Origin: a virus | Taxonomy: Duplodnaviria; Caudoviricetes | DNA: 53,808 nt | Reading direction: 5' to 3' (one strand) | IMG/VR virus record: IMGVR_UViG_3300020294_000007 | Coordinates: 1 to 53,808 of that record | In this document: piece by piece, positions 45,009 through 53,808 of the stretch | Numbering within the stretch: position 1 is the stretch's first letter | Layout: each line of letters begins with the position of its first letter | Notes under the pieces: generated by a model | Told to the model about the DNA's origin: nothing | Databases searched by the model: none | Seen by the model: the letters and a program-made list of their open reading frames with translations, nothing else | Made by a program: the position numbers and the translations under genes

Positions 45009-45917
45009 ATGGCAATATCACGCGCCCAATTACTGAAGGAACTCCTACCCGGACTGAACGCTTTGTTCGGATTGGAGTACGCCAAGTATGGCGAAGAACA
45101 CGCAGAGATTTTTGAAACAGAATCTTCTGATCGTTCTTTTGAAGAAGAAACCAAGCTGTCTGGTTTTTCTGCGGCACCTGTTAAAGACGAAGGCTCTGCC
45201 ATCGAATATGACAATGCTCAAGAGACTTTCACAGCTAGGTACACACACGAAACCATTGCAATGGGTTTCTCAGTGACGGAGGAAGCTATAGAGGACAACC
45301 TTTACGACTCCCTCTCCGCTAGATACACCAAGGCATTGGCTCGTGCAATGGCTTATACCAAGCAAGTAAAAGCTGCTGCTGTATTGAACAATGCTTTTGC
45401 TGCTGGTACTACTTATGGTGACGGACAGACTTTATGTTCTACTGCTCACCCATTAGTATCAGGTGGTACTAACTCAAACCGCCCCGGCACCAATGCCGAC
45501 TTGAATGAGACTTCTTTGGAAGCCGCTGTCATTCAAATCGCTGGTTGGACGGACGAGCGTGGTTTGTTGATTGCCGCTAGGCCAACTAAGCTAATCATTC
45601 CATCTGACTTGCAGTTTGTGGCAACACGATTGTTAGAAACAGAAGGAAGAGTTGGAACCGCAGATAACGACATCAATGCGCTTCGCAACAATGGTGCTAT
45701 CCCCGGTGGATACTCAGTTAATCACTATCTGACAGACACAGATGCGTGGTTCTTAATGACTGACGTACCTAACGGACTTAAGCACTTTGTGCGAACTCCG
45801 ATGTCTACATCTATGGATGCTGACTTTGATACGGGTAACAGCCGTTATAAAGCGAGGGAAAGATATTCATTTGGAGTATCAGATCCGCTTGGCATTTTCG
45901 GTTCACCCGGAGCATAA
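45009..45917 (+). CDS. Major capsid protein (HK97 fold, Mu gpT-like)
   Basis: MAISRAQLLKEL.PGL, ITEEA-like VTEEAIEDNLY, KARERYSFG.SD; strong RBS; followed by a terminator. Confidence 0.85.
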   Translation: MAISRAQLLKELLPGLNALFGLEYAKYGEEHAEIFETESSDRSFEEETKLSGFSAAPVKDEGSAIEYDNAQETFTARYTHETIAMGFSVTEEAIEDNLYDSLSARYTKALARAMAYTKQVKAAAVLNNAFAAGTTYGDGQTLCSTAHPLVSGGTNSNRPGTNADLNETSLEAAVIQIAGWTDERGLLIAARPTKLIIPSDLQFVATRLLETEGRVGTADNDINALRNNGAIPGGYSVNHYLTDTDAWFLMTDVPNGLKHFVRTPMSTSMDADFDTGNSRYKARERYSFGVSDPLGIFGSPGA

Positions 45918-45921
45918 TATT

Positions 45922-45947
45922 AGGGGGGTGTAAAAGCCCCCCTTTTT
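45922..45947 (+). terminator. Intrinsic terminator after the MCP gene
   Basis: AGGGGGG-TGTAAAAG-CCCCCCT-TTTT. Confidence 0.85.
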
Positions 45948-45997
45948 GTTCTATCCTGACAGTCTTATGACTGACACTAGCCGCGACAGGAGGATAC

Positions 45998-46618
45998 ATG
46001 GCTAAAACTACTTTTAACGGCCCCGTTCGTTCCGAAAAGGGGTTTCAAATGGTTTCAAAGAACGCTACTACTGGTACGGTTACCGTAACTAGTGGTGATA
46101 AGTGGGCTGTTGAAGCTACTGGAAGTGCAGGTATTGAAGGCACTGCTGCTGTTTACGTCACTCAAGTTAATCGCTTAAAAAGTGATGTAGATACAAACGT
46201 CAACATTGTTAAGTCAACCATTATGATTGATCTAACAGGTTTAAAAGACGGTGGTACTGCAGGTGACATCATTGGTAAAGACGGTGCTGGTGTTGCGTTT
46301 ATCGGACAAGTAACCACTGCTAATCAAGGTACAGTGTTTGGCGTTACCATGACTTGTTTAGAAACTCCTGCTGGTGGAAGTACAGACATTGACTTGTATT
46401 CTGCTACAGAAGGTACAGGTGTTAATGACACTGCTATTGGTGATTTGACAGAAACTCAAGTTATTAATGCTGGTGCTGCCTCTGCTGGAACGCTGGTTGC
46501 TGGTGGAGACATTGCAGCAGACCAATACTTATACCTTGTGAGTCAAGGCACTGGCGATGCAACATATACTGCTGGGCGGTTTATGATTGAAGTTGTCGGC
46601 TATGATGTAGCATCTTAA
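45998..46618 (+). CDS. Structural protein (hypothetical)
   Basis: MAKTTFNGPVRS start; Thr/Gly-rich; AGGAGG RBS. Confidence 0.7.
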   Translation: MAKTTFNGPVRSEKGFQMVSKNATTGTVTVTSGDKWAVEATGSAGIEGTAAVYVTQVNRLKSDVDTNVNIVKSTIMIDLTGLKDGGTAGDIIGKDGAGVAFIGQVTTANQGTVFGVTMTCLETPAGGSTDIDLYSATEGTGVNDTAIGDLTETQVINAGAASAGTLVAGGDIAADQYLYLVSQGTGDATYTAGRFMIEVVGYDVAS

Positions 46619-46634
46619 TTGGAGGTAAATTACT

Positions 46635-47258
46635 ATGGCCTTAAAAGGTTCAGGTAGTGATGTAACATCCAGTTTTATAACTGCTGCTGCCGCAGATCCA
46701 GACGGTGTTTCGACTGCTGCTGCAGTAGGTAATAACGCTGCGTTGACGCTAGGAGGTGCTTTAGCCTCTGGGGGGTCTGTTACTTTTGACTCTCCAAGAA
46801 ACGTCACCATTCTTAGTGGTGGAGATGACAGTGCTATATCTTTTACTGTTGTTGGTACAGATGAATCAGGCACTGCAGCCACAGAGTCTATAACTGGCGC
46901 TGATACTGGCACGGCCACAGGCACGAAGTTTTTTACTACTATCACCTCTATAACCGCAGTAGGTGACCCTGCTGGTAATGTTAGCGCAGGTTCTGGCACG
47001 AGTTGTTGCGGAGTTATCTCTGTAGCACGTTGTAGGTTACGTGGTATTTATGTGGTCAACGGTAGTTCAGCCGCTACCATTGTGTTCAGAGAAGGTTCTG
47101 GCACAGGGACTATAAAAATGCAGTTTGCTACGGTTGCAGGGGCGAGCACTAACTCGTATCCTGACGTTCCTGATGACGGTCTTTTATTCGCAGGAGGAGG
47201 ATTTGTTACCTTTACTGCAGTAACGGATCTTACAGCGATGACTACATTTTTCTCCTAG
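46635..47258 (+). CDS. Structural protein (hypothetical)
   Basis: Ala/Gly/Thr-rich; GGAGG RBS. Confidence 0.7.
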   Translation: MALKGSGSDVTSSFITAAAADPDGVSTAAAVGNNAALTLGGALASGGSVTFDSPRNVTILSGGDDSAISFTVVGTDESGTAATESITGADTGTATGTKFFTTITSITAVGDPAGNVSAGSGTSCCGVISVARCRLRGIYVVNGSSAATIVFREGSGTGTIKMQFATVAGASTNSYPDVPDDGLLFAGGGFVTFTAVTDLTAMTTFFS

Positions 47259-47259
47259 T

Positions 47260-47571
47260 ATGCGTACTTACTATAAGAAAGGCGGCAGAGTAAAAGGGAA
47301 AGGCATGAAAGGCATGTCGATTGGTAGTGGAGATAAACGCCCTACTAAATCGGGTGCTGGTATGACTGCTAAAGGGGTTGCTAAGTATCGTAGAAACAAC
47401 CCCGGCAGCAAGTTAAAAACAGCCGTTACGGAGAAAGACCCTAAAGGTAAAAGAGCGTCTAGGCGTAAGTCTTATTGCGCTCGTTCTGCAGGGCAGATGA
47501 AGAAGTTTCCGAAAGCGGCTAAAGATCCAAATTCTAGGCTAAGACAGGCTAGAAGAAGGTGGAGATGTTAA
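47260..47571 (+). CDS. Small basic protein (possibly DUF6321-like)
   Basis: GMTAKGVAKYRR.NPGSKL, RRKSYCARS, RRRWRC. Confidence 0.7.
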   Translation: MRTYYKKGGRVKGKGMKGMSIGSGDKRPTKSGAGMTAKGVAKYRRNNPGSKLKTAVTEKDPKGKRASRRKSYCARSAGQMKKFPKAAKDPNSRLRQARRRWRC

Positions 47572-48267
47572 GTGGCTTTTTTACAGTCAAACGTACCGTA
47601 CTTCAAAGCTTGGGTGCGAAGAGAGTATACGAAGAACATGGAGATGTATCATGGTGAGTTCTTACACGCTATGGTCGTTGCTGTTACGAGTATGCCTAAT
47701 AGATGCCTTAGTTTTCAGGTCATATTTACCGGGTGCGAGTCTGATGACACTGATGAACCAAACGTACATGGTGGGGCTATGTGGGCAAGGATGCCGATAA
47801 CAGCACTAGTTGCTGATGTGCCGTTAGAAGAATGGCCTACAGAGATGCCTCCTTATGTAGCGCAACCTTGGGATTGTATGTCACACGAACACGCGGTCTA
47901 CAAGATAAACAGAGCTACTCCTGCGCCTTGGATAGCTAAAGTAGACGGAGAGTTCTACCCCGCAAAATACTATTTTACTGTGGACTATACCGACAGTGAG
48001 ATAGCAGATGACCCTGCTCAACACAAACAAAGCCACGTAGTAGAACTGTTAAATGCAGGGGAATACACAGGTAACATTGTTGCCCTGCCTAATAATAGGG
48101 TACGTGTAACTCACCCTGCTTGGTTTGAGACAGGAGAAGGCGCACCAGATTTTAAACCCAATCAACATATCTACAATTCCAAAGAAGATGTAGAGTATGT
48201 TTGGGACACAGCGAGAGTATTTAACAATTTATATAGCGAGGACGGAGATGGCGAAGAAGTTTCCTGA
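47572..48267 (+). CDS. Conserved hypothetical protein
   Basis: GGAMWARMPITAL, QPWDC, QHKQSHV, ALPNNRVRV. Confidence 0.75.
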   Translation: MAFLQSNVPYFKAWVRREYTKNMEMYHGEFLHAMVVAVTSMPNRCLSFQVIFTGCESDDTDEPNVHGGAMWARMPITALVADVPLEEWPTEMPPYVAQPWDCMSHEHAVYKINRATPAPWIAKVDGEFYPAKYYFTVDYTDSEIADDPAQHKQSHVVELLNAGEYTGNIVALPNNRVRVTHPAWFETGEGAPDFKPNQHIYNSKEDVEYVWDTARVFNNLYSEDGDGEEVS

Positions 48268-48580
48268 TTTAACTGGGGATGGCAAAGTAACTCAAAAAGA
48301 CATTTTAAAGGGTAGAGGTGTTCTCAACACGGGAGGTAAAGTGAAAAAGAAAAAAGGCTATGCTATGGGCGGCCCCATGAAAAAGAAGGGTTATGCTATG
48401 GGCGGCCCCATGAAAAAGAAGGGCTACGCTATGGGTGGTGGCCCCATGAAAAAGAAGGGCTACGCTATGGGTGGCCCCATGAAGAAAAAAGGATATAAGA
48501 AAGGCGGTAAAGTTCGTGGAACAGGTATAGCCATCAAAGGGTTTAGACCTGCTAAAATGGTTAAGATGAAAGGCTCTTAG
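48248..48580 (+). CDS. Lys/Gly-rich repeat protein with EF-hand-like loop
   Basis: Start at ATG 48248 (GGAG-containing upstream); FPDLTGDGKVTQKD; (KKKGYAMGG[G]PM) x4. Confidence 0.75.
   Translation: MAKKFPDLTGDGKVTQKDILKGRGVLNTGGKVKKKKGYAMGGPMKKKGYAMGGPMKKKGYAMGGGPMKKKGYAMGGPMKKKGYKKGGKVRGTGIAIKGFRPAKMVKMKGS
48347..48507 (+). repeat. 33/36-bp coding tandem repeat
   Basis: GCTATGGG.GG.CCCATGAA.AA.AA units x4 with synonymous variation. Confidence 0.9.
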
Positions 48581-48581
48581 T

Positions 48582-48737
48582 ATGCGAAGATACTACAAAA
48601 GCGGAGGCAAGATTTGCTCTAAAGGTAAAGCTTGGGCAAAACGCACGTTCGATACTTACCCTTCTGCGTATGCAAACATGGCGGCTAGTAAGTATTGTAA
48701 AGACCCTAACTATGGTAAGAAATCTAAGAGTAAGTAG
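48582..48737 (+). CDS. 51-aa basic protein (MRRYYKSGGKICSKG...YPSAYANM...)
   Basis: Not in the track; fills the gap between neighbouring ORFs exactly. Confidence 0.7.
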   Translation: MRRYYKSGGKICSKGKAWAKRTFDTYPSAYANMAASKYCKDPNYGKKSKSK

Positions 48738-49073
48738 ATGGGCGAGTTAAAGAAATGGCGTGACCAAGATTGGGTACGTATAGGCACTGACGGCAAGATA
48801 AAAGGTAAGTGCGGGACTTCTAAAGATAAGAAGAACCCTGATCGGTGTTTGCCGCGCAGTAAAGCAAATAGCTTATCGCGTAAGCAGAGGGCCACTACCG
48901 CTAAGAAAAAGAAACGAGAAGGAAGTAAGGGTAGAACCGTTGTGAAGAATACGAAAGAAGCAGAGGTCAAGTTTAGAGGTGGGGGTCTGGCTAGGAAACG
49001 TAGACACCATAAAGGGTGCGGTGCCGTCATGGACAGTCGCAGAAAGAAAACATTATATGTAGGGAGTAATTAG
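48738..49073 (+). CDS. Small basic protein (possibly DUF5872-like)
   Basis: LKKW..QDWV, CG, CLP.SKA motifs. Confidence 0.7.
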   Translation: MGELKKWRDQDWVRIGTDGKIKGKCGTSKDKKNPDRCLPRSKANSLSRKQRATTAKKKKREGSKGRTVVKNTKEAEVKFRGGGLARKRRHHKGCGAVMDSRRKKTLYVGSN

Positions 49074-49075
49074 AC

Positions 49076-49969
49076 ATGGCAAGGGAGTTTAACCCAGTAA
49101 ACACTGTGAAAGCAGCACCGAAAAATAAAAGCTTTCTTGACAGAATGAAAGACAAAATTGCAAAAAATCAAGAGAGAAGGAAAGGAAGAAAGAAAAAATT
49201 TAATGAAGAACTTGCTGAAATAAACACAAAAACTCTCAAAAGAAAAAAAGAAGCTGGGCCAACTTCACGTATACAAGAGGGTTTGAAAAAACTATTACCT
49301 CCTGTTTCTAAACCTAAAAAAGAAGAGAGTAATAAGAAGCCTAATAACAGAACTCAGGCACAATTTAAAAAAGATTACGAAAATAGAGTAAGTCCTAAAC
49401 GTAAAGGTGATGGAGGCAGGGGTAATATTGCAAGACGGTATAAAGATAGTGCCGCTGCTACAGATGCACCAACTACTTCAGAAGTAATGGCTGCAAGAAA
49501 GAAAAAAGAAGCTGGAGATGGAGGCAGGGGTAATATTGCAAGACGGTATAAAGATAGTGCTGCTGCTACAGGCGCACCAACTACTTCAGAAGTTATGGCT
49601 ACAAAAAAGAAAAAAACTGAAGATAGCAGTAAAACATCTAAAGCAAAACCTGCACCTAAAGCTTCAACTACTCCTAAAGTTGCTAGGAGTGTTGCAGAGG
49701 CAAAAAGAATGGGTGTTGATACTTTTACAAATAAAGCGGGTAAAGAATTAGCTGCTGTAACTAAAGAAGAGTTAGAAGCATCGGGTATGAGTCTGCGAGA
49801 CTACTTGAATAAACAACAGGGTAAAACTCGCAGGGGTATGAAGAAAGGCGGTGCGGTTAAAAAGCCGTTTAAAACAGGAGACTTAGTAAAGGCAAAGCCT
49901 AAAGCTAAGAAAAAAATACGTGGGGCAGGTAAAGAAATAAAAGGGCTTCGTCCTTGTAAAATGAGGTAA
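49076..49969 (+). CDS. Lys-rich histone-like protein with internal duplication
   Basis: 297 aa, highly basic. Confidence 0.7.
   Translation: MAREFNPVNTVKAAPKNKSFLDRMKDKIAKNQERRKGRKKKFNEELAEINTKTLKRKKEAGPTSRIQEGLKKLLPPVSKPKKEESNKKPNNRTQAQFKKDYENRVSPKRKGDGGRGNIARRYKDSAAATDAPTTSEVMAARKKKEAGDGGRGNIARRYKDSAAATGAPTTSEVMATKKKKTEDSSKTSKAKPAPKASTTPKVARSVAEAKRMGVDTFTNKAGKELAAVTKEELEASGMSLRDYLNKQQGKTRRGMKKGGAVKKPFKTGDLVKAKPKAKKKIRGAGKEIKGLRPCKMR
49409..49618 (+). repeat. 108-bp-period coding duplication
   Basis: DGGRGNIARRYKDSAAAT.APTTSEVMA repeated at 49409 and 49517. Confidence 0.9.
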
Positions 49970-49974
49970 TACTT

Positions 49975-50331
49975 ATGAAAAAACTTGAGGTGTTCCAAAA
50001 TGGCGTGTTTTCTGCTACAGGGCTACCTGTATACCAGATAGGCACTAAAAATGAGGATGGTACCTATGATATTACTGTGTACGATCTCATGGATGAAGGA
50101 CAAGCTAAAGCAAAGTTACAGGAACTACAACCTGAAACTAAGGTAGAGGCAAAACCAAAAGCCAAACCTAAAGCTGAACCAACGGTAAAGTTACCTTCTA
50201 AATCTGATCTTAGCAGTATGACTAAGCTTGAGATAGAAGAGGAGATGCGGTTTCACGGGTTAGAGTTAGATCGCAGGAAGTCTAAAAACGATTTGGTTAA
50301 AGAAGCTGTTGCTTATCTAAAAGGTAAATAA
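49975..50331 (+). CDS. Hypothetical protein with C-terminal Rho-N/SAP-like helix pair
   Basis: LSSMTKLEIEEEMR.HGLELDRRKSKNDLV. Confidence 0.65.
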   Translation: MKKLEVFQNGVFSATGLPVYQIGTKNEDGTYDITVYDLMDEGQAKAKLQELQPETKVEAKPKAKPKAEPTVKLPSKSDLSSMTKLEIEEEMRFHGLELDRRKSKNDLVKEAVAYLKGK

Positions 50332-50333
50332 CT

Positions 50334-51023
50334 ATGGCAACGTCAAATACGACAGCGTTTGACATGGATTTTACGGAGATCGCTGAAGAGGCGTGGGAAC
50401 GGGCTGGGCGAGAAATGCGCTCTGGTTACGATCTACGCACGGCTCGTAGATCTATGAACCTAATGACAATAGAATGGCAGAACCGTGGGATTAACTTGTG
50501 GACGATAGAAGAAGGCACTGTAACGCTCACTAAAAGCACTTCTCAGTACACGCTACCTGCAGACACAATAGATCTATTGGAACAAGTTATAAGAACTAAT
50601 TCTGGTAATACTTCTACACAATCTGACCTTACGTTAAATAGAATAGGGGTCAGTACTTTTGCCACCATACCTAATAAATTAACTGAGGGCAGACCTATAC
50701 AAGTGTGGATAGACAGGCAAAGAGATGCGCCTGTGTTAAATCTGTGGCCCGTTCCAGATAAAAACGATACTTATATTATAGCGTATTGGCGTATTAGACG
50801 TATTCAAGATGCAGGTAGTGGGGTACAAACAGCAGACATGAATTACAGGTTTTTACCTTGTTTGGTAGCAGGGTTGGCTTACAACATCGCTCTAAAGGTA
50901 CCTGAGTTAATGGAAAGAGTGCCCATGTTAAAAACGGTGTATGAGGAAGCATTTGCCCTAGCAGCCGCAGAAGATAGAGAAAAAACTTCAGATTACTATA
51001 GACCGCGCATAGGAGTTATATAG
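50334..51023 (+). CDS. Head-tail connector/adaptor-like protein
   Basis: EEAWERAG...TARRS.NL...W.NRG.NLW, GRP, LWPVPD motifs. Confidence 0.65.
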   Translation: MATSNTTAFDMDFTEIAEEAWERAGREMRSGYDLRTARRSMNLMTIEWQNRGINLWTIEEGTVTLTKSTSQYTLPADTIDLLEQVIRTNSGNTSTQSDLTLNRIGVSTFATIPNKLTEGRPIQVWIDRQRDAPVLNLWPVPDKNDTYIIAYWRIRRIQDAGSGVQTADMNYRFLPCLVAGLAYNIALKVPELMERVPMLKTVYEEAFALAAAEDREKTSDYYRPRIGVI

Positions 51024-51373
51024 TGGCTAGGTATGCTTCTGCAAAAATAGCGGTAGCAGAGTGTGACATTTGCGGGTTTCGTTATAAACTTAAAGAATTA
51101 AAGAATCTTATAGAAAAAGGGCGCGATACAAATATAAAAGCTTGCCCTGAATGTTGGAACCCAGATCAGCCACAACTTAGGCTAGGTGAGTTTCCAGTAG
51201 ATGATCCGCAAGCTATACGTGATCCAAGACCTGATTTTGCAGGGCTTGAGAGTAGTAGAAAGATACAGTGGGGTTGGAATCCTGTGGGTAACGGTAACAA
51301 TCCTTTTGATTTAACAGACAATGATTTGGTAGGAACCGGAAGTGTAGGTTCTGTAACAATAACGACAACATAA
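51023..51373 (+). CDS. CxxC Zn-finger protein
   Basis: CDICG...CPECW.PDQPQL...DPQAIRDPRPD. Confidence 0.75.
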   Translation: MARYASAKIAVAECDICGFRYKLKELKNLIEKGRDTNIKACPECWNPDQPQLRLGEFPVDDPQAIRDPRPDFAGLESSRKIQWGWNPVGNGNNPFDLTDNDLVGTGSVGSVTITTT

Positions 51374-51383
51374 GGATGTAATT

Positions 51384-51509
51384 ATGTTATTTGACGAACC
51401 AAAGAACAAAAAGAAAAAGAAAAAGAAAGCGGCTAACTCTAAAGGCGTAAAGATACGTGGCACAGGAGCAGCCACTAAAGGTTTGTATGCAAGAGGCCCG
51501 ATGGCATAA
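51384..51509 (+). CDS. 41-aa basic peptide (…KIRGTGAATKGLYARGPMA)
   Basis: Not in the track; AAGGA RBS; shares a C-terminal motif with the 48248 and 49076 products. Confidence 0.65.
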   Translation: MLFDEPKNKKKKKKKAANSKGVKIRGTGAATKGLYARGPMA

Positions 51510-51512
51510 CTT

Positions 51513-52139
51513 ATGAACTATACTGAGCTAAAGGCAAATATTCAGGACATATGTGAGACTACGTTTACGGACGATCAGTTAAAGCTATTTACTGAACAAG
51601 CGGAGCAGAAGATATATAACACTGTCCAGTTCCCTGCGTTGCGTAAAAACCAGACGGGTAATATGAGCAATGGCAACAAATACCTGACTCTACCTACTGA
51701 TTTTTTGTGGTCGTATTCTTTAGCTATCATAAGTTCAAGTGAGTACATCTACCTTTTAAACAAAGACGTTAATTTTATGCGGGAAGCTTACCCTAACCCA
51801 TCTACAACGGGTGTTCCTAAACATTATGCGTTTTTTACAGATGAGTCTTTAATTATTGGCCCAACTCCTAATGCAGCATTTGAGGTGGAGTTTCACTACG
51901 GTTATTACCCAGAATCAATAGTTACTGCCAGCACATCTTGGTTAGGGGATGACTTTGATAGCGCATTGTTAAATGGAGCCTTAGTGGAAGCCATACGTTT
52001 TATGAAAGGCGAAGCTGATATGGTTGCTCTTTACCAAAAAATGTACATGGAAGCGATTACTTTACTGGGTGCCCTTGGGGACAACAAGTTACGGGAAGAC
52101 GCTTATCGCTCTGGTCAATATAGAATGAGTGTAGGTTAA
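51513..52139 (+). CDS. Tail adaptor (tail tubular A-like) protein
   Basis: MNYTELKA.IQD, GVPKHYA, IGPTP, ALLNGALVEA..FMKG. Confidence 0.65.
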   Translation: MNYTELKANIQDICETTFTDDQLKLFTEQAEQKIYNTVQFPALRKNQTGNMSNGNKYLTLPTDFLWSYSLAIISSSEYIYLLNKDVNFMREAYPNPSTTGVPKHYAFFTDESLIIGPTPNAAFEVEFHYGYYPESIVTASTSWLGDDFDSALLNGALVEAIRFMKGEADMVALYQKMYMEAITLLGALGDNKLREDAYRSGQYRMSVG

Positions 52140-52140
52140 T

Positions 52141-52431
52141 ATGTTTGATGTAGAAGTAACAGCTTCTGTAGGAGGCTTTGAAGTACAGACTACTAATGAG
52201 AGAGGACATACTCCAGAAGAGTTAGCGGCAAACGCTGTGGCTAAGATTATCAATATCGCTGATAGTGCTGACCCTGTGCTAAGACAACAGGCAGAAGCGT
52301 TTAGAGAAAGAATGTTCTATGTAATCGTACATGCTTTGAATCAAGCTGTTAAAAGTGATAGAACTACACTCTATAATGAGTTTAAGAAGCAGGGCCACGC
52401 TGATGTGGCTGAAACACTGAGGAAACTATAA
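52141..52431 (+). CDS. Hypothetical protein
   Basis: TT.ERGHTPEE, QQAEAFR motifs. Confidence 0.7.
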   Translation: MFDVEVTASVGGFEVQTTNERGHTPEELAANAVAKIINIADSADPVLRQQAEAFRERMFYVIVHALNQAVKSDRTTLYNEFKKQGHADVAETLRKL

Positions 52432-52901
52432 TGGCTATATCGCAAGCATTATGTACATCATTCAAGCAAGAGATACTACAGGGTATACATAATTTTACTA
52501 ATGGTTCTGGTGGAGGCACCACTACTTCTACTGGCACGGGTAATACTTTTAAAATAGCCTTGTTTACTAGTAGTGCTAGTCTTGGCGCGGGTACAACTGC
52601 TTACGCTGACAGTAATCAGGTATCTGGAACAGGATATTCAGCAGGAGGTAATACGCTAACCAACGTAACTCCTACAGTTTCAAGCACCACCGCTCTAACA
52701 GATTTTGCAGATACCACATGGAGTAGCTCCACTATAACGGCCAGAGGCGCACTTATATATAACTCTTCGACCACAGCAGGTTCCGCAAACAGGGCAGTGG
52801 CAGTATTAGATTTTGGTTCTGATAAAACAACTAGTGCTGGAGATTTTACAATAACCTTTCCAACTGCAGATGCAAGTAGTGCGATAATTAGGATTGCCTA
52901 A
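52431..52901 (+). CDS. Tail-associated structural protein
   Basis: CTSFKQE, FKIALFT, GYSAGG, ARGALIYN, VLDFGSDK. Confidence 0.7.
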   Translation: MAISQALCTSFKQEILQGIHNFTNGSGGGTTTSTGTGNTFKIALFTSSASLGAGTTAYADSNQVSGTGYSAGGNTLTNVTPTVSSTTALTDFADTTWSSSTITARGALIYNSSTTAGSANRAVAVLDFGSDKTTSAGDFTITFPTADASSAIIRIA

Positions 52902-53320
52902 TGTCTAATGTAAACATAATCTTTGAGGGGTATAACAATGTACTCCAAGGTTATAACGAAGGCGGCTACAATCAAGACGTAGCTTTTACCGGATTAACTA
53001 GTGGTCTGGGGTCTGTAACTACTGTACAAGGCGTTGCAGTAACCGTATCTGTTTCTGGTAATGCAGGTACTTCAGCATTAGGTAGCGTCACTGCCACAGG
53101 TGGGATAGGTATAGCTGTCACTGGCGTTTCAGGCAGTGCTACGGTAGGAAATACAACAGAAACGGCTGGTGGGGGTATATCATTAGGCGTTACAGGTGTA
53201 GAGGGTACGTCAGCAGTCAGTTCTGTGAGTATATGGTCTGAGGTAGATCCTAGCCAAACACCTAACTACCAAGCTATATCAACCACACAAACACCAAATT
53301 GGACGGACATAGCGGCATAA
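52901..53320 (+). CDS. Gly/Ser/Thr/Val-rich structural protein
   Basis: Repeating V.G.S.T...G.V pattern. Confidence 0.65.
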   Translation: MSNVNIIFEGYNNVLQGYNEGGYNQDVAFTGLTSGLGSVTTVQGVAVTVSVSGNAGTSALGSVTATGGIGIAVTGVSGSATVGNTTETAGGGISLGVTGVEGTSAVSSVSIWSEVDPSQTPNYQAISTTQTPNWTDIAA

Positions 53321-53323
53321 ATT

Positions 53324-53808
53324 ATGGCAACGTATGTAAATAATTTAGTAATAGCAGAACCCGCAGACGGGGAAACTGGTTGGGGTACACTTACCAATGC
53401 TAGTTTAGAACTCATAGGCGAAGCGTTAGGTATAGGCACAGAAGCCATAGTTACTAATGCAGACACGCACGATACAGTGATTGCCCAAGGAGCTACTGAC
53501 CCCGGCAGAGCCATGCACCTTCAGTACACAGGTACATTAGATTCTGCTTGTACGATTACTATTTCGCCCGATACTGTTAAACGAGTACAGATTATTGAGA
53601 ATGCGACTAGCGGTGGGCAATCAATTATTATTAAGCAAGGTTCTGGTGCTACGATCACTATCCTTAACGGTACAAAAAAGATTGTATATCTTGACGGAGC
53701 AGGGACAGGCGCGGCAGTTGTGGATGTTACAGCAGCGGCTTTTGGCGCACAGGCTTTTTATGTCCCATCTGGGACTACAGGAAACAGACCAACAGGTGTC
53801 GCAGGAGC
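53324..53808 (+). CDS. Partial tail-fibre-like protein (3'-truncated)
   Basis: MATYVNNL...GWGTLTN.SL; open to the window end. Confidence 0.65.
   Translation, partial: MATYVNNLVIAEPADGETGWGTLTNASLELIGEALGIGTEAIVTNADTHDTVIAQGATDPGRAMHLQYTGTLDSACTITISPDTVKRVQIIENATSGGQSIIIKQGSGATITILNGTKKIVYLDGAGTGAAVVDVTAAAFGAQAFYVPSGTTGNRPTGVAG

Noticed and set aside
1-53808. Alternative genetic code or stop-codon reassignment
   Set aside because: Standard-code ORFs tile both arms densely, and TAA, TAG and TGA all serve as real stops.

Overview
Most of a tailed-phage (Caudoviricetes) genome, apparently circularly permuted in this window. The gene content suggests a short-tailed, podovirus-like phage resembling uncultured aquatic phages (inference). 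+ strand 1-17.8 kb: lysis genes (3-TM holin, T4-type lysozyme), a tail/stabilisation protein and five large probable ejection proteins, the largest 2383 aa with a zincin motif. - strand 18.0-28.9 kb: replication module (AEP primase-DUF927 helicase, SSB-like protein, HTH protein, SNF2 helicase, Cas4-like nuclease, Leu762-type PolA, VRR-NUC, SNase). - strand 29.3-37.4 kb: early/accessory genes including a MoxR-like AAA ATPase and a VWA-metallopeptidase partner. + strand 37.8-53.8 kb: terminase, portal, GroES, scaffold, major capsid, a cluster of small Lys-rich proteins, connector and tail genes. The most striking unexplained structure is (i) a ~320-nt highly base-paired intergenic element at 28974-29293 that looks like a minus-strand structured ncRNA, (ii) nine copies of a 17-bp dyad (C/T)TAGGGA-N3-TCCCTA(G/A) seen only at early-region gene boundaries, (iii) an iteron/AT-rich origin-like region, (iv) a G-quadruplex motif and phased C-tracts before terS, and (v) a hydrophobic-x-x-Gly-Gly motif shared by about nine likely virion-internal proteins. 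Protein family calls come from motif recognition only; no database searches were run.
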